From positions 156,426,001 through 156,490,000 of the forward strand of contig OZ024742.1 of NCBI GenBank assembly GCA_964016885.1: DNA of 64,000 nucleotides, written 5' to 3'. The notes below the pieces were generated by a model. That model was not told the DNA's origin. It made no database searches and saw nothing but the letters and a program-made list of their open reading frames with translations. Position numbers and translations under genes: made by a program. Position 1 is the stretch's first letter. Each line of letters begins with the position of its first letter. Positions 1-13,741 of the stretch are shown in pieces. The stretch is from Eledone cirrhosa. Its lineage: Eukaryota.

Positions 1-306
1 ATTGCTTTTTAGCGAGATTCGTAACCATCTCTCGGCTGTGTTTAAATTAGTCAACAATAAAATACTTGAACATATCAAACAACACCAAAAAAGCTTCTTG
101 CTTCAGTTTAGATTTATCATAAATTTCTATTAACTGGCAACATGATAATAGCAGCATTTTTTTTTTCTTCAGAGATGAAAATATTGAAATTAATAGAGAT
201 AAAAAAAAGTATTAACGCCAAAAACAATATAGTATCAATGCAGTTCTGATTGGATATTTACGTGAGACGTTAAAAGATTTTACCGAAGTAGACAAACACA
301 CACCCA

Positions 307-370
<64 letters not shown>

Positions 371-2265
371 CATTTCAATTTCATCTTAATATGAAAAATG
401 TTGGCAAGATATCCATTGAAGTAATAACTGTAGTCTGTCTAATTTCCAATGTTACATTTTTAAACTATATCTTCAGATCGTGCACTAGCATTCCCTAGAG
501 ATGTTCTTTATCTATTTCTAGGTATAGAATACGAACCCTCACAAATGTAGTTTATGTTTTCTGTAAATAATAGTATTTCACATGTTTTGTGTTTGACGTG
601 TATTTGTAAGTTATTTTTGATGAATTAGAATGTTGATTTCAGACACGAAATTGAAATAATTTTATATTTAATAAAAAATAAAGCAAAAAAGAAAATTATG
701 TATAAAACATTAGTATATGGGACCTTTCATTGAAACAAATATCGTCTATTTGTTAATGTGTGTACGTAGTTTAATGAATGTACTTAGTGAAATTACTGGT
801 ACATATTTTGTGAAATACCACACGACTGAATGTCTGAGTCTTTATCAGCGGAAGAAAACTTCTCACAATTAGACATGATTTCAGATAATAAATAATCATT
901 AATCCATAGTTGTGTAGATGTGTGTCATAAGATCAAGGATCCATAGACGAGAAATGAGTTTTCGACCAGCAAGTCATATTACTGTGTGACCATTTAGATT
1001 ATAAACTGTGGGACATTGTAAATATATGACTAAGCAATATAGAAAACGTATAGCACAATGATTATGATTAGACAAAATACATTCTCTACTCAAAATAAAA
1101 AATCTATCGATGATGCGTATTTCGGGTAATCATCAATATATTTTAGCTATGCTTATGGTTGGAGAAATATAACAACACGGAAGATAGCTACGATAACGCA
1201 ATCTGCAGATTACAATTTGATGATAGTGAGGTAATATATAACTTTCTTACACAAAAGGGAAAGTATATTGCGCAACATCTTTGAATTGTCTGGTATATGT
1301 TCCTTTCTCTGTATCATTGGTGAAAAATAGGGCAACAGGAAATATAATCGGATGCGGTCATGACTAGTTGGATCGTTATGGTTACATGCAGTAATATATG
1401 TTCTGTTATGTGATTCTTTCCCTAGCTTTTAGGCTACATATGTCCTCATGAATAATATAATGTTATCATGTATATTTGAATATTATAAAACAAAGCCTCA
1501 TTATAAAAATGTATGTATTTGCGTTATCGGTTAGATCGACAGAAATTAAATAGAAAACAAGGCATTAAATCAATTAAATTAACCAAATTTATACATATTG
1601 CATGATGCTGCTTTCAAAATGGAAAATATTTACATTATATAGATATTTATGCAGATAATCGTCACTTTAAATGCAATGATACATTATTCAATGTTATTAT
1701 GCATATTTTTTTTTCAAATTATACTATAACTTCAATGACTTCGATTATTAGATATCTATATAACTGAATTCGGAGAAAAACAAAATAGATCTATCCAATT
1801 AATGCAGATATATTTATTCATATTATTAATGTTGCTGGCGACATTATTGTCATCAGTTTTATATATTTTGCCATTAAATCTGGAATGGATATAAGATTTA
1901 AACTCTCATTCTCTCTTGATATAAAAAATTGTAACATCTAACAACGCACATAACAACCCTGGAATACAATATAGGAAACAATAAAGCGCATCCTAACACG
2001 CCAATATTGATCATTCTTTCTAGCATAAATACAATAACAGGAATTTGGTGCGAGGAGGGAATAGAATATGATATCGAAACCATTGGTATAGTCACAGTAA
2101 ATTACGTGTGAAACTAGGAATAAATAACGTACTGTCAATCTCGGGTAGAGAGGCAATCAGATCTTTAGGCAATCCTAGGAATATTCGAAATCCTTGCAAT
2201 CATGAATTTTAATAATAGTTTTTTCCTAAAGTGACACTTCTGTCTCTCTCACATACACCCTCCCT

Positions 2266-2336
<71 letters not shown>

Positions 2337-2546
2337 CCTTTCTGAATTTGTTTAGCAAGATTCTTTATCTGAAATCGTGTGTTGAAACCGACATTGTTAT
2401 ACTTTGGGAGGGTCATGTTGCCAATAAGAAACACACGCACCAGTTGCTTTTACTTCAATTTATTATAATAAATTTATAATAAATTTATAAATTTATAAAT
2501 TTCTGGTTGGTTGGTTGGTTCCACAATCAGATAGTTGTTTATATAT

Positions 2547-2591
2547 AGTCATAGTTCTTTCGTCACACACTCTGTGACCTCTTCAGTGACT
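2547..2591 (-). ncRNA. Minimal type I hammerhead ribozyme, family B
   Basis: Minus strand AGTCA-CTGAAGA-GGTCACAGAGTGTGTGAC-GAAA-GAAC-TA-TGACT: helix I AGTCA/TGACT, helix II GTCAC/GTGAC. Confidence 0.85.
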
Positions 2592-2791
2592 GGGGATTCC
2601 TTTCTTTGTTTCTGTGCCTCTCCTTTGTTCTGTCCTACGCCATTTTGTTTTTGTGTGTGTGTTGTGTACTCAGTCTACCAATGCGCCACATCCGGGTGTC
2701 TGTGTGTGTTTATGTTCATTTATTTATTTGTTTATCTACATGTTACTGGTTGGTTGTTTGTTCTATGTGTGTGTGTGTTTTCATTTTGTCC

Positions 2792-5700
2792 TTAATTGTA
2801 AGTTGTGATGTTGCTGTTCCACTCATATTTTCTATTTAATTTTGGTTATAATTATTTTATGTTTATTGCCTCTGTAATTTGTCTAAACATTGCGTATTTT
2901 CTGTGTGTAGATTCTATTTTTATTTCTATGTTCTCTAATTTACCCTTGTGTTCTATTTTAGCATGTTGGTAGAGTACAGATGATTCTTTACTATCTTGAA
3001 GGTCTCGCCAGTGTTCATTTATCCGTTCCTCTACACTACGAGCTGTCTCACCTATGTACACTATATTTTTGTCTCTACATTGTCCTTCAGTACATCTTAT
3101 GCTATACACTACATTTCTAGTTTTATAGTTAATATGGGGGCTTATTTTACAGGTTATACATTTCTTATCTATACAAATCTTATCTATTCCAAAATTTGCT
3201 CCTATACAAGGGGCAGGTCCCATTTATGTCATTATTTACCATTTTTTCCCATTTGGTTCTGGCTCCTCTATACACTCTGATTTTATCTCTCTGATTGTAG
3301 CCAGAGAACTGCATACGGTGGATGAAGTGTTGTATGTGTCTCTCTAGTTCTTCGGGGTTGCACATGCGGGACACATTTCTCATAACACGTACCAAATCCG
3401 CAATCAGTATGTTGATTTTGGTATGGTCCGAAACGGCTGAGTTTCGGTGGATCAGATGTTTGGAAGTCATGGGTTTGGCATAAAGGGAATGGAGGATTTG
3501 TTTTTTGTTGTTAATGGTATCTAACCAGAGCTCTGTGTCTAGTACAGGTAATCGATGGTTGGGGTGTTTACTTGGGTAGTCGATAGTAACTCTAATGCTG
3601 TGGTGGATGGAGTTTGCTTTTTGCTGGATGCTTTCCATTGTGTTTTTCTCTAGTTCCTGACTGTTCTCTAGTGGGGGTGTCTTAACTACGATGTTTATAT
3701 CATCAACGTAGCGGGAGTACATTATCAGGGTTAAGGGCTCTTCTAATTGTTCTTTAAGTTTAAGTTTAAGTCTACTGTCCCACCATACCATGAATAAGTT
3801 AGCTATGTCGCCTGCAATGCTAACACCAATGGCTGCTCCTTCCTCTTGGGCATGTGTTTTTGCATTAAATTTGAACATATGTTCCTTAAGGGTTAGTTTT
3901 ATGCTGCCCCTACCGCATGTGCTATCATTTTCTTCAGTTCATCGTGGTTTTCGAGTGTCCGTATGGCCCTGGTCCACCCGTTCCATCTATCTGTGTGGGT
4001 TTACTTGGCCATTGAGGTAATGGTAGGTGGTCTGCCCCTTGCTGGTGTTGTAGGGCACAGGTTGCTAAGGTCATATGTGTCTAGGTAATTATTACTATAG
4101 GTAAGCTTAAGTAGGAGTCCCAGCTCACTGGTATCAATCCCACGGAACTCAACCTTGCTCTCACTGATCATTTCTACGCATTTCTCCACAGCAAAATCCA
4201 CGTCATTAGATGGATACAGGGACACAACATCCATACTGCGATTACGCAGTTTTTTAGGTCCCTAGATCGGTTACTCACGCCGATTCTGCTGAGGAGGTCC
4301 TCCGTGCTGTCACATACATCTGGGGACATTTCAATGATGGGGCGTATGATCAGGGAGAGGAAGTAGGACATTCTGTAGTTACTAGCAATGTTAGCTCCAC
4401 AGCCTGGCCGTGTTGGTGGTCCCGCGACAGCGTCACAGCCCGTTTTATGGTCTTTTCGAAGCCCATACAACGCCGGCACGTCATTGTTCCAGGCCTGCAA
4501 GTTGTTGGCAGTCCTTTTGTTGGGCTGCATTATATTCGGCCACATCACCATAAGGGCATTGAGGGCTTTTTCTCTATCCTCATGCTCCTTTGGTGTTACC
4601 TCTCTTGTGTTAGTGATGTGGGGTTGCATTGCCTGGATGTAGTTTGGCAGACTGTCAACCGACATTCTGCCAGACTTGTCTGTTGGAAAGCATGCTATCT
4701 CTCCATTACGTGAGCGCTGCATGAGCTTACACAAGCCATTTGCAGATTTGTTCTCCCAGTTGCTGGGCCTCCATTCTATTATGCTTCTTGCTATACTGTT
4801 CTATAATATTTCTAAGTTCGGATCTAGCTATACTAAATTGTGCTTCTGTTTGTTCATCGACCTGCGACAGCAATTGCGTGCGTTTGTTAAATGGTAAAGT
4901 CGTGGTGTGGACTCGTCGCAGGTCGAACGATTTATCGGAGGGATTATAACACGTCGAGTTCCAGGCTGCTGCTTTATGTGTACTAGTGCTATTGTTATTG
5001 TTAGTTGTGTTGTTTCTATTTCTATTTCCACCAACAGCCTCATGGTTGTTTCTCTGTCTCTCATAATTACTCTTGTCTCTTTCCACTGGCTCATTGTTGT
5101 TATCTACCCTATTTTATGTGTCTGTGTGTTCGTCTTGGTTATTCTCTTTGTCCTTAGTCTCCCTTCTCTTTTTAATCCTATTACTTTCCCTTATTTCTGT
5201 GATTTCTGTGCTACTGTCATTACTTGTTTTCTGTGTCTGTGTGTTTGTTAAGATTGTGGTGGTGGTGAGAGGCATTGAATGTGTGTGTGTTGTTGTTGTT
5301 GATGTGTGCTGTTGTTGGTGTGTGTTGTTGTTGTCTCCGTGTGTGTTATTGTTGTTGCGTGTGTTGTTATTGTTGTTTGTGTCTGCGTCTCTGTTGTTGT
5401 TGTTTCTGGGTATGTTGTTATTGTTGTTGTTGTTGGTGTGTGTGTAGTTGTTATTGTTGTTTGTGTCTGTGTGTCTGTTGTTGTTGGGATGTGTGTTGTA
5501 TATGTGTGTGCGTATATTGTTGCTTTTGTTTTTGTTTTTGTTTTTGAGGTTCCACCGTAGTTTTGTAAATGATTTTTCTATTTCTGACAGACAACTAATC
5601 ATATTTACCTTCTTGAATGTCGCAAATTTCGGGGGTAAACACAACACAGATAACTCGTCATTATCTATTATTGTGTTACCGTATATATTTGTGTTGTTGT

Positions 5701-6304
5701 TATTGTTGAACTCATCTGTTAATGAGGTGTCGGCCATATTTATACCGTCAATTTTGTCGGGATATCTATTGGTATTCTCTATAGTATCCGGATTTAGCTT
5801 TATCTGCTTAAGCCACTTTAGTTTCTTGTTAAAGTGCTTATCACATTCTTGAGTAATGTACTGTTCTTCAGGGCGTATAAAGCTTATAAATATTAGTTTC
5901 TCTCTTGGTGTGGTGATCCTAGCTATTTCTTGTATTAGGTTACGCTTATGTTTTTCTTGATGACTTAATTCTCTATAAATCTTCTTTTTTATGTTTAGAA
6001 TTAATGTTCGTTTTAGCCTATCTGCTTGTTTTGTGGTGAGTTGTAATCTTCTAACGTCGGTGTTGATGGTGTTGGTGTAAACTCGGAACGAGGCACATTC
6101 TTTTATGAAGTGTAGTTGTCGAGATGTTATCGTTTTTCGTAGACAACAGAACATAGTAGTTTTCAGTATATTGTTAGCCTGGCTAAGGCTTACGATGTTT
6201 CGTTTCTGAATTTGTTTAGCAAGATGCTTTATCTCAAATCGTGTGTTGAAAGCGATAGTGTTATACTTTGGGAGGGTCATGTTGCCAATAAGAAACACAC
6301 GCAC
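2792..6304 (-). pseudogene. Frameshifted full-length PLE ORF (Asn-rich N-terminus, RT, GIY-YIG)
   Basis: Consecutive ORF fragments: GLRKDHK..PPTRP, MDVVSLYPS, QEEGAAIG..MVWWD, RYVDD, LPVLD, CxxxxCxxC, NVVY..YIGET..ERINEH; internal deletion near 3175 relative to the second copy. Confidence 0.92.
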
Positions 6305-6406
6305 CAGTTGCTTTCACTTCAATTTATTATAATAAATTTATAATAAATTTATAAATTTATAAATTTCTGGTTGGTTGGTTCCACAACCAGATAGTTGTTT
6401 ATATAT

Positions 6407-6451
6407 AGTCATAGTTCTTTCGTCACACACTCTGTGACCTCTTCAGTGACT
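6407..6451 (-). ncRNA. Hammerhead ribozyme, family B (second pseudo-LTR)
   Basis: Same motif as 2547-2591, ~100 nt upstream of the ORF start. Confidence 0.85.
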
Positions 6452-6715
6452 GGGGATTCCTTTCTTTGTTTCTGTGCCTCTCCTTTGTTCTGTCCTACGC
6501 CATTTTGTTTCTGTGTGTGTGTTGAGTGCTCAGTCTGCGCATGCGCCACATCCGGGTGTCTGTGTGTGTTTATGTTCATTTATTTATTTATTTGTTTATT
6601 TACATGTTACTGGTTGGTTGTTTGTTCTATGTGTGTGTGTGTTTTCATTTTGTCCTTAATTGTAAGTTGTGATGTTGCTGTTCCACTCATATTTTCTATT
6701 TAATTTTGGTTATAA

Positions 6716-8242
6716 TTATTTTATGTTTATTGCCTCTGTAATTTGTCTAAACATTGCGTCTTTTCTGTGTGTAGATTCTATTTTTATTTCTATGTTCTCT
6801 AATTTACACTTGTGTTCTATTTTAGCATGTTGGTAGAGTTCAGATGATTTTTTACTATCTTGAAGGTCTCGCCAGTGTTCATTTATCCGTTCCCCTACAC
6901 TACGAGCTGACTCACCTATGTACACTATATTTTTGTCTCTACATTGACCTTCAGTACATCTCATGATGTACACTACATTTCTAGTTTTACAGTTAATATG
7001 GGGGCTTATTTTACAGGTTATACATTTCTTATCGTTACATGAGGGTCTTTGAAAAGGGTATGTCTTGCTAATAAGTGTTTTTACGGAGGTACCTGGTCTT
7101 TCTACTATCTTAATATTGAGTTTATGTTTATTTAGGGCCCTTCTAAATTTGTAAGCTAATTCATCTCTAGGGGTTGTATCGATGAACATTACACTTTGGT
7201 ATTTATTGCTATCATACCATGACTTTATTCTATTATCCTTGTTCCTAGTTCTTTCTATTCTATTCCAAAATTTGCTCCTATACAAGGGGCAGGTCCCATT
7301 TATGTCATTATTTACCATTTTTTCCCATTTGGTTCTGGCTCCTCTATACACTCTGATTTTATCTCTTTGATTGTAGCCAGAGAACTGCATATGGTGGATG
7401 AAGTGTTGTATGTGTCTCTCTAGTTCTTCGGGGTTGCACATGCGGGACACATTTCTCATCACCCGTACCAAATCCGCAATCAGTATGTTGATCTTGGTAT
7501 GGTCCGAAACGGCCGAGTTTCGGGGGATCAGATGTTTGGAAGTCAGGGGTTTGGCATAATGGGAATGGAGGATTAGTTTTTTGTTGTTAATGGTTTCTAA
7601 CCAGAGCTCTATGTCTAGTACAGGTAATCGATGGTTGGGGTGTTTACTTGGGTAGTCGATAGTAACTCTAATGCTCTGGTGGATGGAGTTTGCTATTTGC
7701 TGGATGCTTTCCATTGTGTTTTTCTCTAGTTCCTGACTGTTCTCTAGTGGGGGTGTCTTAACTACGATGTTTATATCATCAATGTAGCGGGAGTACATTA
7801 TCAGGGTTAAGGGCTCTTCTAATTGTTCTTTAAGTTTAAGTTTAAGTCTACTGTCCCACCATACCATGAATAAGTTAGCTATGTCGCCTGCAATGCTAAC
7901 ACCAATGGCTGCTCCTTCCTCTTGGGCATATGTTTTTTCATTAAATTTGAACATATGTTCCTTAAGGGTTAGTTTTATGCTGGCCCCTACCGCATGTGCA
8001 ATCATTTTCTTCAGTTCATCGTGGTTTTCGAGTGTCCGTATGGCTCTGGTCCACCTGTTCCATCTATCTGTGTGGGTTTTCTTGACCATTGAGGTAATGG
8101 TAGGTGGTCTACCTCCTGCTGGTGTTGTAGGGCACAGGTTGCTAAGGTCATATGTGTCTAGGTAATTATTACTATAGGTAAGCTTAAGTAGGAGTCCCAG
8201 CTCACTGGTATCAATCCCACAGGAACTCAACCTTGCTCTCAC
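6716..8242 (-). pseudogene. 5'-truncated PLE RT + GIY-YIG ORF (508 aa open), upstream tandem unit
   Basis: RYIDD RT motif, CNDKKCITC linker, NVVY...YIGES GIY-YIG; near-identical to 2852-4230. Confidence 0.93.
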
Positions 8243-8586
8243 TGATCATTTCTACGCATTTCTCCACAGCAAAATCCACGTCAATAGATGGATACAGGGA
8301 CACAACATTATCTGCTTCAGCCACTTTAGTTTCTTGTTAAAGTGCTTATCACATTCTTGAGTAATTTACTGTTCTTCAGGGCGTATCAGGCTTATACATA
8401 TTAGTTTTTCTCTTGGTGTGGTGATCCTAGCTTTTTCTTGCATTAGGTTACGCATATGTTTTTCTTGATGACTTAATTCTCTATAGATCTTCTTTTTTAT
8501 GTTTAGACGAGCAACCGCGAAGAAGTAGAGAGACACATACAACACTTCATCCACCGTATGGCTACAATCAGAGAGATAAAATCAGA

Positions 8587-9282
8587 GTGTATAGTAGAGC
8601 TAGAACCAAATGGGAAAAAATGGTAAATAATGACATAAATGGGACCTGCCCCTTGTATAGGAGCAAATTTTGGAATAAAATAGGAAGAACTAGGAACAAG
8701 GCTAATAGAATAAACTCATGGTATGATAGCAATAAATACCAGAGTGTAATGTTCATCGATACAACCCCAAGAGGTGAATTAGCTTACAACTTTAGAAGGG
8801 CCCTAAATAAACATAAACTCAATATTAAGATAGTAGAAAGACCAGGTACCTCCGTAAAAACACTTATTAGCAAGACATACCCTTTTCAAAGCGCCTCATG
8901 TATAGATAAGAAATGTATAACCTGTAAAATAAGGCCCCATATCAACTGTAAAACTAGAAATGTAGTGTATAACATAAGATGTACTGAAGGCCAATGTAGA
9001 AACAAAAATATAGTGTATATAGGTGAGACAGCTCGTAGTGTAGGGGAACGGATAAATGAACACTGGCGAGACCTTCAAGATAGTAAAGAATCATCTGTAC
9101 TCTACCAACATGTTAAAATAGAACACAAGGGTAAATTAGAGAACATAGAAATAAAAATAGAATCTACACACAGAAAAGACGCAATGTTTAGACAAATTAC
9201 AGAGGCAATAAACATAAAAGAATTACAACCAAAATTAACTAGAAAATATGAGTGGAACAGCAACATCACAACTTACAATTAA
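8587..9282 (+). pseudogene. Inverted-arm copy of PLE C-terminus (GIY-YIG)
   Basis: 231-aa ORF near-identical to the C-terminus of 6716-8242, keeps the natural end ELQPKLTRKYEWNSNITTYN*. Confidence 0.92.
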
Positions 9283-9378
9283 GGACAAAATGAAAACACA
9301 CACACACATAGAACAAACAACCAACCAGTAACATTTAAATAAACAAATAAATAAATGAACATAAGCACACACAGACAC

Positions 9379-9436
9379 CCGGATGTGGCGCATGCGCAGA
9401 CTGAGCATACAACACACACACAGAAACAAAATGGCG
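9379..9436 (+). promoter_or_regulatory. Candidate pseudo-LTR promoter: ETS-like, NRF1-like and YY1-like motifs
   Basis: CCGGATGT 9379, GCGCATGCGC 9388, CAAAATGGCG 9427, just upstream of the HHR; conserved in copies at ~6500-6556 (-) and ~19860-19919 (+). Confidence 0.55.
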
Positions 9437-9482
9437 TAGGACAGAACAAAGGAGAGGCACAGAAACAAAGAAAGGAATCCCC

Positions 9483-9527
9483 AGTCACTGAATAGGTCAC
9501 AGAGTGTGTGACGAAAGAACTATGACT
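9483..9527 (+). ncRNA. Hammerhead family B, core mutated (CTGAATA)
   Basis: AGTCA-CTGAATA-GGTCAC..GTGAC-GAAA-GAAC-TA-TGACT. Confidence 0.7.
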
Positions 9528-9647
9528 ATATATAAACAACCAGAAATTTATAAATTTATATATTTATTATAAATTTATGATAATAAATTGAAGTGAAAGC
9601 AACTGGTGTTTGTGTTTCTTATTGACAACAAGACCCTCCCAAAGTAT

Positions 9648-9700
<53 letters not shown>

Positions 9701-9792
9701 TAAATATATATATATCGCTCTCTCCCACTCTCTCTCTTTCTCTCTCTCTATATACCTCTCTCTCTGTATATATGTATATATATATATATATT

Positions 9793-9978
9793 TAAGAGTT
9801 AAACAAGGTGTAATGAATACATCAAATAATAAGTTTTACAATAGATTGGAAGCACTTAACAGGTAAATGTTTTTCACAGTTATTATTATTAATTCAATAT
9901 ATTCACAAAATAGATATAATATGTATAATAAAATTTAATTGATCACAATAACATATATTTTGTTAATATTTTGAATTA
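9793..9978. mobile_element. Miniature family N PLE remnant (two opposed ends only)
   Basis: Left part is the reverse complement of the 63655-63685 tail; right part matches 63565-63625; flanked by (TA)n. Confidence 0.65.
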
Positions 9979-10590
9979 ATATATATATATATATATATAT
10001 ATATTTAAAAGAATAGAGGTGTAAGGGTAAGAAAAACCTGACAAATAGTTCCCAGTGAAAAATAGTTTAATTAGGAATAAGTAAAAATTAGTAATAAGTA
10101 TTGGTTAGTATTCAGTTTTAATTTTAAGTTTTTACCGTTTGCGCATTTCTAATGCTTTTCAAAAATAATTTTGAGATAGAGCGCCCGTGATGTTTGCTCT
10201 AATCTGATCAGTTTTGGAAATTCCACCTGCACATAAGTGAAAAGAGTGGCTCCAGAGGTATTAAAATAAGTTTCGCGCCAATTCATGTTGCAAACATTCT
10301 TGTGGTCAAAACAATTGTGATTGGTCGGTAGAGGTCAGGTAAATGTTAAAAATTGATTTTGCGCCAATTGTAGGTTTGTCGAAGAGTGTCTTTTTTCGCC
10401 TGATTGAGAAGTCACTGAACAATAAGTCTTTTAAGACAAATATATGTGTGTATGTGTGTGTAGTAAAGAGGTTCTTTGTTGTGATAATGGTCAGTAAGGA
10501 TGTGTGTGTGAAATTCAGTCATGTTGACAGGTCAACCGTTCAGGTGCCTATTAAGACAAATATGTGGGTGGGGTTGTGTGTGTGTGTGTG

Positions 10591-10623
<33 letters not shown>

Positions 10624-10974
10624 AGCAGAGTAATTCGATGTAGAGGGATCGGTCAGTAGGAATGTGTCTGTACGTGTGTGGGGGATATTTTAACATGTTG
10701 AAAGCTATTTTTCAGCTCTTGTCTTGTACGGAGAAGTGTGTGTGTGTGTGTATATATGTCTCTATGTATGTTAGTGTACGCGTGTGTATGTGTGTGTGTA
10801 TATATGTGTGTGTGTGTATATGTGTGTATGTGTATGTGTGGGGTGGGTGGGGTGGACCATTATTTTTGTGATACTTGTAAAAATGGTGTACATTATTCGA
10901 TATCTTCATCAAAAACGATTCTCTCAAGAGAACATCAAAAACATTTATAATAAAAGGTGTGAAAAGATATATAA

Positions 10975-12339
10975 TATTGTCAACCTATACTCTAACATCC
11001 CCCACAACCTAGGAATAGAAGCTATCCAATTATGGCTGGATAATTACTAAAATGAACTCTCACAACGCATCAAAAAAAATTCGTGATAGAGGGACTCAAA
11101 TTTATCTTGGAGAACAATTACTTCGTTTTCAATAACAAATCCTACAGGCAGAAATCTGGGTCCGCTATGGGAACGAAGACAGCCCCCACTTATGCCAACC
11201 TAGTCATGGGATACCTGGAAATCACCCTCTAAACAAATTTGGAAACACTCTCCACATTACACATAGAAAGGAACTGGAAGCGATATCTAGATGACTGATT
11301 CATCCTTTGGCATGAAAACATCGAGAAACTTAAATAATTTCACACCCTTAAAAATGGGCTCAACACGAATATTAACTTTACGATGGAATACAGCCATCAA
11401 CAACTCCCCTTCCTCGACATCCTCATTAAGATTCATAACAAAGAAATAGAAACAGATATATACTACAAGCCCACAGACTCCGAGCAATGTCTTCCGTTCA
11501 ACTCTTGCAACCCTAGACACGTAAAATTTAATATTCCCTACAACTTAGCAAAGAGAATCTGTACTATAATCTCCAATAAAATCACCTGTTACTTACGGCT
11601 ACAAGAACTAAAGGACACACTCATATGCAGGGACTACCCTGCATCACTAATTGACAATGGAATCCAACGTGCCCTAAAACTCAGTACCCAGGACCTTAGA
11701 CACCCTAAAGTAAATCAACCGAAACTAAAAGCTCTTCCATACATCTCCACACATAACTCCCTCAACAATGAGGCCTTTGACACCATCCTCCAGAACATCC
11801 CTGTGTTAAAAAAGGACCCTAGAATTAACCAAATCCTTCGAACACACGATATCAGAAAGAGCGAAAGACAATCTAAGTCAATGAAAAATATCCTAACACA
11901 TGCCAAAGTACTGCCAACCACAACAACGAAACCCACAGTAAAATAATGCGATAGACCCAACTGTGGAATATGCATCAACCTAATAGAGAGTTCGGAATTC
12001 TATTTCAAAGAAGGACAACGTTTTATAGTAAAACACAATTTCACATGCGCATCAGAAAATCTAATATTAACTTGTTCAGGTTGTCGAGAACAATACATAG
12101 GCCAGGCCAAAAACAGGCTCCGCCAACGCATGACTGTCCATAGTACCCAAATTAAAATACGGGAATACAGGAAAATACCACTGAGTGAACACATTGATAC
12201 CTGTGCCGCCCAAAATCATCACAACTTCAGAATCTTTCCCCTCTACAAATTTAAAGATAATGCCACCCACACCCAGCACATCAGCAAGGAATCTCACTTT
12301 ATTACCAAATACGGACCCCGTCTAAACACTTCTCCCTAA
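10975..12339 (+). pseudogene. Disrupted PLE RT + GIY-YIG
   Basis: IVNLYSNIP, QKSGSAMGT, RYLDD*F, LPFLDI, CDRPNCGIC, CSGCREQYIGQ, GPRLN; several stops and frameshifts. Confidence 0.92.
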
Positions 12340-13049
12340 GACGAACCCACAACATACACACGTCAACATACATACGTACATCAGCCTACATCCTACATAC
12401 ATCTCTATCCACATAGAAACACAATGACATACGTAAACACACATGTTCTATGGTGCAACACAAATATACAAAAATGTGCATACCTTTTGATGTCTCTAGG
12501 TATAAACGTGCCGACACACACACATACATATACGCACACATGCATTGCACACTGAAGGACACATACGTATTTGTACACAAGTATCCCAATACGGCAGGGC
12601 CTAATGTATTCCCCTTGCAGTACGTACAATCTGGGCACTCATACACCCTTTGGTGTTATGACAATACTACATATCATTTCACACCTTTTATTATTAATGT
12701 TTTTGATGTTCTCTTGAGAGAATCGTTTTTGCTGACGATATCGAATAGTGTACACCATTTTCACAAGTATCACAAAAATACTGCCCCCCCCCCCCACACA
12801 CACACAAACACATACACACACATACACACATATATACACACACACATACACACGCGTACACTACCATACAAAGAGAAATATATACACACACACACACTTC
12901 TCCGTATAAGACAAGAGCTGAAAAATAGCTTTCAACATGTTAAAATAACCCCCACACACGTACAGACACATTCCTACTGACCGATCCATCTACACGAATT
13001 ACTCTGCTACACACACACACACGCACACACGCACACACACACACACACA

Positions 13050-13158
<109 letters not shown>

Positions 13159-13556
13159 ATATATTTGTCTTAATAGGCACCTGAACTGTTGACCTGTCAA
13201 CATGACTGCAATTCACACACACATCCTTACTGACCATTATCACAACAAAGAACCTCTTTACCACACACACGCACACACACATATTTGTCTTAAAAGACTT
13301 ATTTTTTCAGTGACTTCTCAATCAGGCGAAAAAAGACACTCTTCGACAAACCTACAATTGGCGCAAAATCATTTTTTAACATTCACCTGACCTCTACCGA
13401 CTAATCAAAATTGTTTTGACCACAAGAATTTTTGCAACACGAATTGGCGCGAAACTTATTTTAATAATTCTGGAGCCACTTTTTTCACATAAAACAGGTA
13501 GAATTTCCAAAACTGATCAGATTAGAGCAAACATCACGGGCGCTCGATCTCAAACT

Positions 13557-13596
13557 TATTTTTGAAAAGCAGTAGAAATGCGCAACTGGTAAAAAC
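13557..13596 (+). ncRNA. Variant hammerhead-like motif (U3-A8 core, GCAA in place of GAAA); copies at 10129-10166 (-) and 34202-34239 (-)
   Basis: TTT-TTGAAAA-GCA(G/T)TAGAAATGC-GCAA-CTGG/ACGG-TA-AAA (GCAG-CCGG in the third copy), at the position where other PLEs here carry an HHR. Confidence 0.55.
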
Positions 13597-13704
13597 TTAA
13601 AATCAAAACTGAATACTAACCAATACTTATTACTAATTTTTACTTATTCCTAATTAAACTATTTTTCACTGGGAACAATTTGTCAGCATTTTATATCCCT
13701 TTTA

Positions 13705-13740
<36 letters not shown>

Positions 13741-13741
<1 letters not shown>

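Larger units (their letters stand above)
2335..9652 (-). mobile_element. Penelope-like retroelement, family B (Naiad-like, tentative): partial tandem (period ~3864 bp) plus inverted arm 8506-9652
   Basis: Direct repeat 2341.. vs 6205..; RT and GIY-YIG ORF pieces; HHR in each pseudo-LTR; inverted 3' copy on +; (TA)n on both flanks. Confidence 0.93.

Noticed and set aside
365-2230. Possible very old PLE on the minus strand (KVIYYLT../SNCNLQ, TIPMVS, CTGATAA-AGACT..AGTC near 830)
   Set aside because: Motifs too degraded to support without a profile search
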